Assembly (NCBI RefSeq): GCF_036321535.1
Contig: NC_087472.1
Coordinates: forward strand, 94,242,001-94,306,000
DNA length: 64,000 nucleotides
Direction of reading: 5' to 3'
DNA from: Camelus dromedarius
Taxonomy: Eukaryota
The notes under the pieces were generated by a model. That model searched no databases. It was given only the letters and a program-made list of their open reading frames with translations, and was not told the origin of the DNA. This document shows, piece by piece, positions 1 to 11,443 of the stretch. Every line of letters starts with the position of its first letter. Position 1 is the stretch's first letter. The position numbers and the translations under genes are program-made.

Positions 1-40
1 TAAACTCTCAAAGTTAAATGAATAAAAGTAATCTGTTATG

Positions 41-92
41 ATTTTTTATTGAGCTATAGTCGATCTACAATGTTGTGTTAATTTCTGGTGTA
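41..92 (-). mobile_element. Very short L1 3'-terminal fragment (artiodactyl/camelid type)
   Basis: ttttttattgagctatagtcgatctacaatgttgtgttaatttctggtgta resembles the reverse-complemented 3' ends of the L1 copies at 26584 and 41161. Confidence 0.6.
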
Positions 93-660
93 AATTATTA
101 TTTAAATTAGGTATCTTTTGCAGAACATACTCTAAATCGCTTATTATACTGCTGTTTAAGACAAAAGTTCAGTCATAGAAACCACTATATATTCTTATGA
201 AGACACATTTGGAGTATAATTCATGTGAAATAAAACTATTTGTCTTAGTCTCGTTCTAATCTGTTCAAAATAATTATTTCTAAGAATGGTGTTCTTTGTA
301 ACATCAAGAAATCAGTAACTAAGAATTTGCAGTGTTTTTCTAGCAATGTCTAAGTGGAAAGAAAACATTTAAGTACTAAACATTTGTGCATACATGATTT
401 CACTTGCTCCTCCCCACAACTGTAGGTAATAAATATTTAGCTTATAAATTGGTTATTTGGAAGCTTTTGTGTGCCAGTTCCAGTATCGTTTCTGAGACTG
501 ATTTTACTAGCACTTCAGCTACTTTTCCCTGCTTCTTTGTATATCCAGTTTTTGTTTGTTTGGTTTATAGAATGCCAAGTACCGAAAAGGATTTTAGAGG
601 CTCTTTATTATGTCATTTTCCTCTTAAGAATGTTGATCACCACAATTCTAACAACACTGA

Positions 661-750
661 ACCTATAGTCAACATTAATGTATTGTACACTTAAGATTTT
701 AAAAGGGTAGAGCTCCTATTAAGTATTCTTACCTCGTTAAAATAAAATAC
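661..750 (+). mobile_element. Old L1 (L1MA/MB-like) 3' UTR fragment
   Basis: ctatagtcaacattaatgtattgtacacttaa...gggtagagctc...agtattcttacc resembles the L1MA/MB 3' motif; a similar piece lies at ~51025-51130. Confidence 0.45.
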
Positions 751-3414
751 AAGGACAGTTTTAAGCTTTGTTAGAGTGAGTCTATTTCTGTTTTGCATGT
801 ATTCTTAGAACGTCATCTTTAGTTCTCAGGTATAGCTTTTCTGAGGTGTCATTTGAAAATCTGGTATGTTCATGAAGGTCTTCTCCATTTGGAATAGCCC
901 CAGCTCTAGTGTCTCCCCAATATTATGGGATCGCTGAAGTCTCTGCTTGGCCTCCTGGAGTGTCACCCTGCATAGGCTCAACTTAGGAACTGGCCAAGGA
1001 TCTAAGGAGGGATTTATACATAGATTTTTTTTTAGATCCCTTTTCCTACAGTTCTCCCTTCTCAGTTCTCCATCCACAAGTTCCAGCTGCCTCTATGGCC
1101 CCAAATATTTTTCTTTGTCTTCTTCATCCAGTGAGTCCACAGCTGTCCTTGGGCTCTTTTAATCTGTGTTATGCTTTGGAAAACACCTTCAGACAGATGA
1201 CCAACCAGCCGCCTCCACTTCCGGTTTATAGCTGGTGTCACATTATTTCCCATGGTATTTCGTCACCTAAAGATGTCTGTCTATCAACAGCTCTTGACCT
1301 GTTTGCCATGAGTTTTGCTGTCAGTGAGCTCAGTGCTTTACCTCCAGACTATACAATATCCACGTTATCCATTCTAAGACCTTAAAACTCACATGACCTC
1401 AGGCTTCAGTGTTGCTACAGACTAGCATCTGATTCCTAAACCAAGTTTTAGTATAGCGCCTTTGCCAAAGAGATGCTATTCATTCATCCAGATTCCTTTA
1501 TCTAATGTGGACTTGTGTGGTATACGGTCCGGGCTTCTGAAATAGCATTACCTTTTGACTGAAGCCAGCTGGGCTAGGGCAGAACTAAACTTTCTGCTGC
1601 TGGAACTATATCGAGATGTTGAAAAGCCTCCAAGGTCCTTCCTTAGCAGGCAGGTATGTTTTCCTGTTGAGCATCAATTAACTTGAACACTACCTCTGAA
1701 ACTATCTACCAAAAAATTTAAAGGATTTCAGAGCTCTTCACTGAAGGCAGGTGAGTAATACAAACCTCTTATCTTCATTTATCCTGTTTCTAAAATGGTC
1801 AGTTTCATAAATGGTTGTATTCAATCCCAAATTTGTCCAATATATTGTGCAAAATGGAATGAAAAGAGAGGAGAATTGGCACACAATAAAATATGAAGAC
1901 TCCTAGCAACTTAGTCCTCTAAAATAAGTGGGAAATTGGTTTTTTTTCAGAGTCTAAAAGATTTCCCTTTATAGGTCTGCTGAGTTGTATTTTGTCAGTT
2001 CCTATTAAACTGTGTTGTCATAGATACCTATGAATCGTATAGAATATAGAAAGACTTTATTTTGGCTTTTATAAGCCTCTGCAAACAAGGGGGGAAAAAG
2101 ATTTAAAATCTCTAATTTTAGTGAGGTACTCAATTTCTTGTTTGTCTCTAAGTTTCTCATGCTAAGAAGCCATACTCTTGGTGTCTGGGCATATTCAAGA
2201 AGTCGCAAGGGACTTTGGGTATTTGTAAATAGACTGTTTTTCCTAACATGTATGAATAAAAATCTTATTATTTTGTGAATGTTTGATATGGTTTCAGTGA
2301 CTACACAGTGCAGTATCCTTCCTGTCAAAAATACACATCTGGTATGTGTTTTATATGTGTGTGTGTGTGTGTTTTGCCACTCTCTTGAAATATACACAAG
2401 TGGTAATTTAATGTATGTGACCTCAGCTTCAGTGCATCTTAAGATTTCATTAATGGATCCTAAATACAGAAAAACAGATTGAGACTGTGACTAGGAAACT
2501 AACTCAGTGCTACTCATAAGAAATAGCAGTAGTTCATAGCACAGTGTCCAAGGGTTGGTGGTAGAAATGTTAAGTCTTTGTAAATGAGAACAGTGTTGGA
2601 AAAAGCCCGTTTTCAGTAATGTCTGAGCAGTTGCAGTGTGTTCCGTCATGTGGATACAATATTTGAAGAAGGTCCATCCATTTTGGAGCTAAATCTAAAT
2701 GAGTTGTTGAAATACAGAAAGAGAACGTTGGAAAGACAATGCCTATTATGAGGATCCAAGTTAAGCAAATTTGTGTTTAGGGTGTGTTTGTAGGACCATA
2801 GGGAGAACAGCATGCTATTCAGGAAATAGAACTCTAGAGCTACTAAAAAGTCAAACTGAGATAGATTAGGGAGAAAAGGGACAATTTGGTAAGACATGGA
2901 TATGTAGTGTTTCATGCCAGATTTATGACAGCAAGGCTAATTTCAGCAGCTACCTGAGGATAACCTTGATTTTCTAATACACTGACAAGTTTGGTCTGAA
3001 TTTGTGCATGAATCATCTTTCTAGTATACCCAGGCATGGGAGAAGTAAATTATATCTGGTTTTGTTAGTTACACAGGGACTTATAATGAACAAAATTAAA
3101 ATATTTTACAAAGTGATCAGAAAGAGCTTTCATTTTTCATCAGGACTGGCTGTATGAGGGACGTGCATCTTCTTAGACCAACTTGGTACCATGGAAATAC
3201 CCCCACATGTTGTCACTCCCATCTTTACAAGAAAAAGCCAAACAAATTAAAAATCTGTGATTTATTTTCTTGAAGAAGTTAGAGAACTGAGGTCACGGAG
3301 CAAACTAGCACCCTTAAATCTGGAGAGACAGGTGGATCCAGGGAGTACAAGATCTGCTCACTTGGAGGAGAAGCTGCTAGAGACATAAACTGGTGTGAGC
3401 ACCTAAATGTAAAT

Positions 3415-3546
3415 TTTTCATACCTTTATTGTGTAATTCTTTCACATATTTTAGATGTTCAATTTGATGAATTTTGATAGATACATACACGCATGAAACC
3501 ACCACCACAATCAAGATAGCTAACATTTCCATAACTCCCCAAGAGG
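3415..3546 (-). mobile_element. L1MB-like 3' terminus
   Basis: ttattgtgtaatt...catgaaaccaccaccacaatcaagatagctaacatttccataactcccc is the typical reverse-complemented L1MB end. Confidence 0.65.
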
Positions 3547-5335
3547 TGCAAATTTCAAACTCTTGATTTATCCCTTCCCACCCTCTTTTTCCCTTGGTAA
3601 CCATAAGTTTGTTCTCTGTAAGTCTGTTTCTGTTTTGTAGATAACTTAATTTGTGTCCCTTTTTTTTTAGATTCCACTTATAAGCCATATCATATGGTAT
3701 TTTTCTTTCTCTTTTTGTCTTACTTAGAATGACATTCTCCAGGTCCACCCATGTTGCTATAAATGGCATTATTTTTATGGCTGAGTAGTATTCCATTGTA
3801 TATATATACCACATCTTCTTTATCCAGTCATCTGTTGATGGACATTTGGGTTGTTTCCATGCCTTGGCTAATATAAATAGTGCTGCTATGAACATTGGGG
3901 TGCATGTGTATTTTTGAATTATATTTTTCTCCAGGTATATTCCCAGGAGTAGGATTGTTGGATCGTATGGTAAGTCTATTTTTAGTTTTATATGGAACCT
4001 CCATAGTGTCCTCCATAGTGGCTGCACCAATTTACATTCCCACCAGCAGTGTAGGAGGGTTCCTTTTTCTCCACACCCTCTCCAGCATTTATTGTTTGTA
4101 GACTTTTTAATGATGGCCATTCTGACTGATGTGAGGTCATATCTCATTGTAGTTTTGATTTGCATTTCTCTAACAGTTAGCAATGTTCAGCATCTTTTCA
4201 TGTGCTTGTTGGCCATCTGTCTTCTTTGGAGAGCTGTCTATTTAGGTCTTCTGCTCAGTTTTTTGTTTGGGTTGCTTGTTTTTTTGATATAAAGGTTTAT
4301 GAGTTGTTTGTATATTTTGGAAATTGGTCTTTTGTCAGTCACATCATTTGCAAATATTTTCTCCCACTCTGTAGGTTGTCTGTTCGTTTTGTTGATGGTA
4401 TCCTTAGCTGTGCAAAAGCTTTTAAGTTTAATTAGGTCCCATCTATTTATTTTTGCTTTTATTTCCATTACTCTAGGAGCTGGTTCAAAAAATGTATTGC
4501 TGTGATTTATGTCCAAGAGTGTTCTGCCTATGTTTTCCTCTTGGAGTTTTATAGTATCTGGCCTTAACATTTTGGTCATTAGTCCATTTTGAGTTTATTT
4601 TTGTATCTGGTGTTAGAGAATGTTCTAATTTCAGTCTCTTACAGGTAGCTGTCCAGTTTTCCCAGCACCACTTATTGGAGGGACTGTCTTTTCTCCATTG
4701 TATACTCTTGCCTCCTTTGTTGTAGATTAAATGATCATAAGTGAATGGGTTTATTTCTGGACTTTATCCTATTCCATTGATCTATGTGTCTGTTTTTGTG
4801 CCAGTACCATACTGTTTTGGTTACTGTAGCTTTGCAGTATAGTCTGAAGTCAGGGAGCATAATTCCCCCAGCTCTGTTCTTCTTTTTCAAGATTGTTTTG
4901 GCTGTTTGGGGTCTTTTGTGTTCCATACAAATTTTAATTTTTTTTTTGTTCCGGCTCTGTTAAAAATGTTGTTGATAATTTGAGAGGGATTGCCTTGAAT
5001 CTGTATATTGCCTTGGGTGGTACGCCATTTTTAACAGTATTTATTCTTTCATACCAAGAACACAGTATATCTTTCCATTTGTTTATATCGTCTTCAATTT
5101 CTTTTATCAGTGTCCTATGGTTTTCAGAGTATAGGTCTTTTGCCTCCTTGGGTAGATTTTTTCCTAGGTATTTTATTCTTTTGGTGTGATTGTAAATCAT
5201 TTCCCAAATTTTTTTTCTCCTATTTCAGTGTTAGTGTATACAAATGCATTCTGTATATTAATTTTGTATCCTGAAGTTTTACCAAATCCATTGATGAGTT
5301 CTAGTAGTTTTCTGGTTGCTTCTTTAGGGTTTACC
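3547..5335 (-). mobile_element. 5'-truncated L1 (ORF2 C-terminal region plus part of 3' UTR), disrupted
   Basis: Minus-strand ORFs give L1 ORF2 motifs: [95 protein letters not shown]; there are multiple frameshifts. Confidence 0.95.
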
Positions 5336-6699
5336 AGGATCTTTAAAAAGCACTTTCTTAGAATAACTTTGCATACATATAATATATATAATTTCATATA
5401 TTATAATTAATAATATATAATTGTTAATAAGAATGCATATATAATTTGTTAACATAACATCTTACTCCAAATGTATTTGTAATAAAGTTCTCTTTAAGGA
5501 CTCAAAAATCTAATAAAAGCACTAAAAATAATCTTTTACTTTTAACAACTTTTACTTTTAACAGTTCTAATTTTGTTGATAAATGTTTATATAAAATAAA
5601 CTTCTATATGAATATTTCTATATTCATATAGAAATGTTTATTAATGAGATAGATAATTCTTTTTGCAAATGACTAAAAACGTACATATTCCATTCTTCAA
5701 GAAGACAAAATCTCTTGGGCGGTTATTACCATGGCTACAAAACATTTTCTTTAAATCATGCTCAGTGACTAACATTTCTTAGGTTATTTCCCCTCGTTGT
5801 TTTTGGTGTTTGGTGTTATATTACCTAGATCATAGAATACCATTTCTATCTCCATCTGATCAACATGACAGTCTATTAAAAGAAATGTAAAAAAGGAACA
5901 TTTTGTTAGTAATATGTTGTTAGAATTGTGTAATACTTGTTTAAAACTGCTCAAAACCAATTACTTATTTTCTGCTTCATTGATAAAGGCATGGCAAGCA
6001 GGAATGTGATTTTGTTTTCAGACAATGAAAGCTTTTGCTTTATAAAGAATTGCTGTTTTCTGGTTTAAGAGATAGGACTTCGAGATCACCTTTTCTTTAA
6101 TGCAAATCACCTTTTCAAGTAAATGTCTCTCAGGTTGATAACTCTTAAATCACCATCATTAATTCATCAGGGTAAGGGATATTTTACATGGTCAAAGACA
6201 ACTGAAATTATACCTTCCTTCAAGGACATGTAGAGAATGGTTTCCTTAAGGAAACATCTGACATGTACTGGTGATTATCTTTCAGAGTACATTAAAGGAA
6301 CCTGAAAACATTAAAGAGCAAGAAGCTTTCTGCACCTTCAAGTCTTTTCTGGAAGAAAATATTCTATTTTCATGAAAATAATAACAATGATGTAAATTTA
6401 GTCTAGATTTAGGAAACTGATGAAAGTGGCAAATTAATACACGTTGCTGAAAAGAAAGAGGATTACTCAGCATTTAAATGAAACACAGCTTTTCAATGGG
6501 AAAGGTGAACCTGTTTAATATATGTGTATATACATAAGATACTTTGCTGATCAAATATTTACTCACTGATTTCCAAGTAGTGCAGTATGAACATATCTTT
6601 CTTAGGCTCTGCTTTCCTTTTCTTAGACTAAATCATCACCATGTATGTTTACTTATATACATTTGCTTATTGTTTTTTCTTAACCTACATCATCTTCCA

Positions 6700-7950
6700 C
6701 CGGATGTTGTGGCATCTCTTTCTCACGAGGCTTACAGAAATATTTCACACGTGAGTTGAATTTGGTTCTCCTTGGAGTCCTTCATTTTGAAGCCTCTGTT
6801 CTCTGTCAGGGTGGACTAATTCCACTCCAGACCAAATCCATGACGATTCATCCTGGAGCTGTATTTCCCTGTTGACCCAAGACTTTACATCGTTGCCCCT
6901 CCATTTTGCATCTGCTAGGTCCTTCTGTTTGACTCTATCCTTTTTTTTTTTTTTTTTTTTGGAGACATACTCTATGAACTTTCTAATAAAAGGTTACTGG
7001 GAATAAAACAAAATGGTGTATTTATATCTGGTAATACAGTCTACTATTATAAATTAATTGTCTTAGATTTTAAAGTCTAGGTTAATAAACTCCCTCCACA
7101 ATGTAAAAGCTTTCCCCCACTTTGCCTTTTAGCTTTAGAAAAGTTCCTTGCATTTTGATATCCATTCTCCTTTTTCATTCGGTGGTAGTATTTTTTCTTT
7201 TAAAAAGTTTTGATGATCACTTGGCACTCATGTTCTGACATTTCACCATTATATAACTTATGATTTACTATGGATTTAAAATATTTTCAATTCAGAACAC
7301 TTATTTCCTTTATTTTCTTGCATAATTTCTTTGATAATTTTCTATACTCTTTCATGATTGTGTTTATTGGAATGCATATCATTTACTTGGATATTTGACC
7401 TTCTGGATCAGTTGTCTGGTTTTCTTACTATTTCTCCAATATTCAGTTTTCTCTCTCTGCTTTCCAAGAGACTTCCCTCAGTGTAACTTTCATCACTGCT
7501 ACTATATTTATTTCAGCTATCCCGTTTTAATTTACAAGAAAACTTTGTCTCTGACTGTTCTTCCTTTTTTAGTATTCTGTTCTTGTTTAATAGATGCAGT
7601 AATTTTTCTATCCATCTGATTACACTAATTGTTGTTTACTTTGATACTTTCTTATGCCAGTTCCTTATACTTTCTCTATTTCCTTTGGTTCTTTTTACTT
7701 TTATATTTTAAAAATAGAAGTTTTTTCATTTAATATTTTATGTTGTTTCTTTTATATTTTCATGTACTTCTTTAAAGGCATTCACCACACACCTGCTGTG
7801 CCTTTCTTAAACTTCTGATACTAAAAATGGATTGGAATTTCTATGTGTATAAAGGTAATTCTCCCACCAGTTTATCTGGCAGTGAGGGGTAATTTTAGTG
7901 AGGATAGCCCCCAGTACAGTATCTGTGGCAAAATAGTCTTCTGAGTAAAT
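6700..7950 (-). mobile_element. Ancient, heavily diverged L1M/HAL1-like segment
   Basis: Long T-rich, L1-antisense-like sequence (e.g. ataatttctttgataattttct...ggatatttgaccttctggatc); family recognised by pattern only. Confidence 0.4.
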
Positions 7951-7989
7951 TTAATATTACCACAGGATGTTATCAATGTATGATATCAA

Positions 7990-8500
7990 TTGCTTCATGA
8001 ACATAATCCTCTTATTCTTCAAAGCATATTGTACCTTCTTAAGGTACGAGGATAACCCTGAGAGCATGGTGTCATGGAAGTCATATGGTGAAGTGTTTTT
8101 AGAAATGTCAGATGCTACTACTGAAAGAATAAAGAAAATAAAATCGATCAGCAACAAGGTTCTTCTGTATAGCACAGGGGACTATATTCAATATCTTGTA
8201 GTAACCTATAATGGAAAAGAATATGAAAAGGAATTTATGTGTGTATATGTATGACTGTACTGTACACCAGAAATTGACACAACATTGTAAACTGACTACA
8301 CTTAAGTTTAAAAAAAAAAAAAGAAAAGAAAGAAAGAAAATTGACCTCAGAATTGGCCATTAGATTTAGCAAAGTGTAAATCACTGGTGATCTTAACAAA
8401 AGAAGTTTCTAAAACGAATTGGAGGTTAAAAGATGACTAAATGTGTTCCAGGAAGAAAGGGAAGAGACAAAATACAGATAGTGAGTTCATTTAACCCCTC
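7990..8500 (-). mobile_element. L2 fragment interrupted by an L1 3' piece
   Basis: gagagcatggtgtcatggaagtca...gtcagatgctactactgaaag / agaattggccattagatttagcaa...tcactggtgatcttaacaaaaga are L2-like antisense motifs. Confidence 0.5.
8140..8332 (+). mobile_element. L1 3'-end fragment with A-rich tail
   Basis: ctgtatagcacaggggactatattcaatatcttgtagtaacctataatggaaaagaatatg...actgactacacttaa followed by poly(A); probable TSD aaagaaaat (8131-8139 / 8333-8341). Confidence 0.85.
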
Positions 8501-8909
8501 ACTTTATATCAATACAACAGATTTTACCAAGAGCAAATTGTTTCTTCATATCTTAAAATACTTTAAGGACTCCTGCCAGCCATATATTTAGAATTGGTAT
8601 GGTTAAACTATTTCCAAATGAAGAAATTGAAGTTTAGAATAAACTTTGTTTGCCTTTTATTTCTAGTTTAAATCATCATACTCCACAGGCACACTTAGTT
8701 CTCCCTTCCTCTTTATACAGACCTTATCTGTGAGCATCCTCTTGATTGCTCTCTTCTGGATTCCAATACCTAGTACCTTGTCTGACAGTCTGAGACATAG
8801 TAGCTTCATAACAGGTATTTGTTTCATTAGGATAAAACCAGGAAGTTTAACCAGTGAGGTGTTACAGGAGTAATACAGTAACAAAGGCCTGTAGAAATCG
8901 TAGCAGAAC

Positions 8910-9580
8910 ATTGTTATTTGTACCTTGGTTCAGTATGGCCAAGGAGATCAATTTTTGTTGCCAAATATAGGATTTGAAGCCTACATATACTACAACCCCC
9001 ATCTTGCTAAGTAAAATATCAAGCACTCCCTCATCTTACCCACGTGGTAAATTCCTATGTGTGCCTTAGTACCTGCAGAGAAGATCTACCATAAGCCCAA
9101 ACTGAGATTTAGACTTGTCTTAAAGTGTCTGGAAAACCCGTCCCATCTAAATGAGGTGATTTACATTGACCGACTTACTTGTTCATCTGTTGTTTTGTTG
9201 GTGTAATTATAAGAGGAAGGTTTGTGCCGTAGATCCAGGGAAAGGAAGTTGAACAAGGTTGGGGGAGAATAGACTCAGATCCATGGAGCGATCTGGTTGA
9301 TGAGCCCTATAGAGAGAGAAGTTTCAGGCAGAAGCTGAAGAAGACAGCATAAAGGACACTGTGCAATAAGGGACTCAGGATGGTGGCAGAATAGCCCAGG
9401 ATGCAGAAAGCTGGGTAATTTTTCCCATTCTGTATGGCATAGAGTTCCACTTTGATCACACCCTGAGTGCTTTAGTGTAGTAGAGATGTTGCTAAATCCA
9501 ACAGTGGTGAAGTAGTCATGAAACTCTGACTCTTAACGATGTAATGAATAGCTAGTAGACCCAGGAATACTTGACATGTT
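8910..9580. mobile_element. Possible ancient LTR remnant
   Basis: More GC- and purine-rich block starting tgtt and ending near tgaca, with LTR-like texture; family not identified. Confidence 0.25.
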
Positions 9581-9899
9581 TGGGAATAAGCAGAATTACC
9601 TAGAGCTATTGTGAATTTGTGAATGCATAGAATAAAATATTTAATAGCTCTCCCAAATAACTTAATTGCATTTTACTTGAAAGGAAATACGTAGGTGGAG
9701 GACAAGATATATGAAAACTAGAGTCATTATTCTCAATGTGGTTTTATTTACATTATGGGATTATGGAGAGGTGCAAGAATTTGACTATATGTGTCCATCT
9801 ATGATTGTTACTTTTATCAAATTACTCTAATTTACCTGAAAGAGTTAGTAACACATGCCTCAAAAGACCCACTTAGCCCTTCCTGAAGCACATAATGGG

Positions 9900-10435
9900 G
9901 CTTAGTCACGAGCAAAACTGAGCAAAATTCTACAAACATCTGGAGAACAATGAAATCATGCAGAGTAAACGCAGTGGGATCATTAACCATAAATCATGCT
10001 GGGCAAAGTTAAGAGGTATTTTTTTTGGACAGATTATAAAATTAATGCATGAAGGGAGGAGAATGGATAATAAATGTCTAAGCTTCCATAAGGTGGTTGA
10101 TACAGTGATTCAAGTAAGTGTATAGAAACTGTCAAATAAGTTTTGATAAGAACACAATAAAACGGATTAAAAACAAACTAAGAGATTGTAAATGTGGAGA
10201 ATGATAGATGAGAGTGGGACCTTTGAAGTACCAGGAAATGATTCTTGGCTCTATTAAATGGATTTCTGACCATAAGGAGAGGGCGAATAGGACCCAAATT
10301 AGATTCGCAGATGATATCAGAGTGGAAGGTGCTGTAAAAACCAGTTTGGAGAGAGAAATGATATAACTGATTGTAAATAAGTTAAGTCTGTGGGCAGAAA
10401 ATGACAAATGAGATTCGATTTGTAAAAGAGCAAGC
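9900..10435 (+). mobile_element. CR1/L3-family LINE relic (reverse transcriptase region)
   Basis: Manual translation gives GIINHKSCWAKLRGIFFGQIIKLMHEGRRMDNKCLSFHKVVDTV (cf. CR1 GF.KGKSCLTNL..FFD.IT.LVDEG..VD.IYLDFSKAFDTV) and IRFADDIRVEGAVKTSLEREMI*LIVNKLSLWAEN (cf. KFADDTKLGG.V...EDR..IQ.DL.RL..WA..N). Confidence 0.75.
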
Positions 10436-11208
10436 AGGAAAAATATTCTTCAACAGCCGTATAGTGGTACCATTTCTTCCTAATAGGAGTGGTGGCGCAA
10501 CCTTTTACAATATACAGCACGCCTAGTAAATGCTTATTTTTATGAGCTCATTGTGTAGCAAGCCAAGTGAACAGACTACTTTCTGGAATAAGGTTGATTA
10601 TCCAAGGGAAGTCATTGAGATCTCCTCAGACTGTGCGCTAGAGTCAGTGTGTTTGGCAGATGGGCCAGCTGCGTATCTTGTTTCTGTCTCCATCTGGCTC
10701 CTTCTGATTCTTGGAGCCTTTTCTGCATGTTAGGAAACAGGCAGCAAATATTTCTTATTAGTAATAGCAACATGTCCACAGTACTTTTTGATGTTCAGTC
10801 AGAGACCATATTCTAACTTGTATCACAATACATAGTCCATATATTGTCTCCTCTCTTGCATTTTTGTTTTCTGTCAAATATAATTTTGTAGAATAAGTGC
10901 ACAACTTCCATACACCCTATTTGGTCTGAAAGAAAAAAGACAAACAGAACTTGTGTTTGTGGTTTGACAGGCTGCAGGTGTTGTAGGTAAGGGACTGCTA
11001 TTAGTGGGAGATACAAAATTTCCTCCACATAAAACTGCATAATTTGTCTCTAGTTTTTAAAATCTGATACCAAGTAAGAATACAAAGCACTATATAGGCA
11101 ACAAAAAAGGAGAGTAATGAGTTATGTTGGAAGTAAGGTGGTTAGCCAGTCAAGAGGTAAATGTGTGACTACACACAGAAAACAGAAGTGGAAATAAACA
11201 AGGACTTC

Positions 11209-11443
11209 GATTACCAGGGAGAAAGGGGTAGGAAGGGATTAACTGGGAGTTTGAGAATTGCTAATATTAACTACTATATATAAAATAGATTAAAAAAAAA
11301 CCCAAGTTCTATCTTGTAGTAACCGCTAATGAAAAAGAATATGAAAATAAATAAACGTATGTATATGAATGATTGAAACATTATGCTGTACACCAGAGAT
11401 TGACACACTGTAACTGACTATACTTCAGTAAAAAAAAAAAAAA
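11209..11443 (+). mobile_element. L1 3'-end fragment with poly(A) and an internal deletion
   Basis: ttaccagggagaaaggggtaggaagggattaactgggagtttgaga...actgactatacttcagt followed by poly(A); it lacks the ctgtatagcacagg...ttcaat block present in the copies at 8140 and 52347. Confidence 0.85.

Noticed and set aside
826..1385. Overlapping short ORFs as a processed pseudogene
   Set aside because: No recognisable protein and frames break repeatedly; more likely a decayed L1 5' region
3377..4183. Longest ORF (268 aa) as a host gene
   Set aside because: It is the L1 ORF2 C-terminus reading through into 3' UTR and a second L1 fragment
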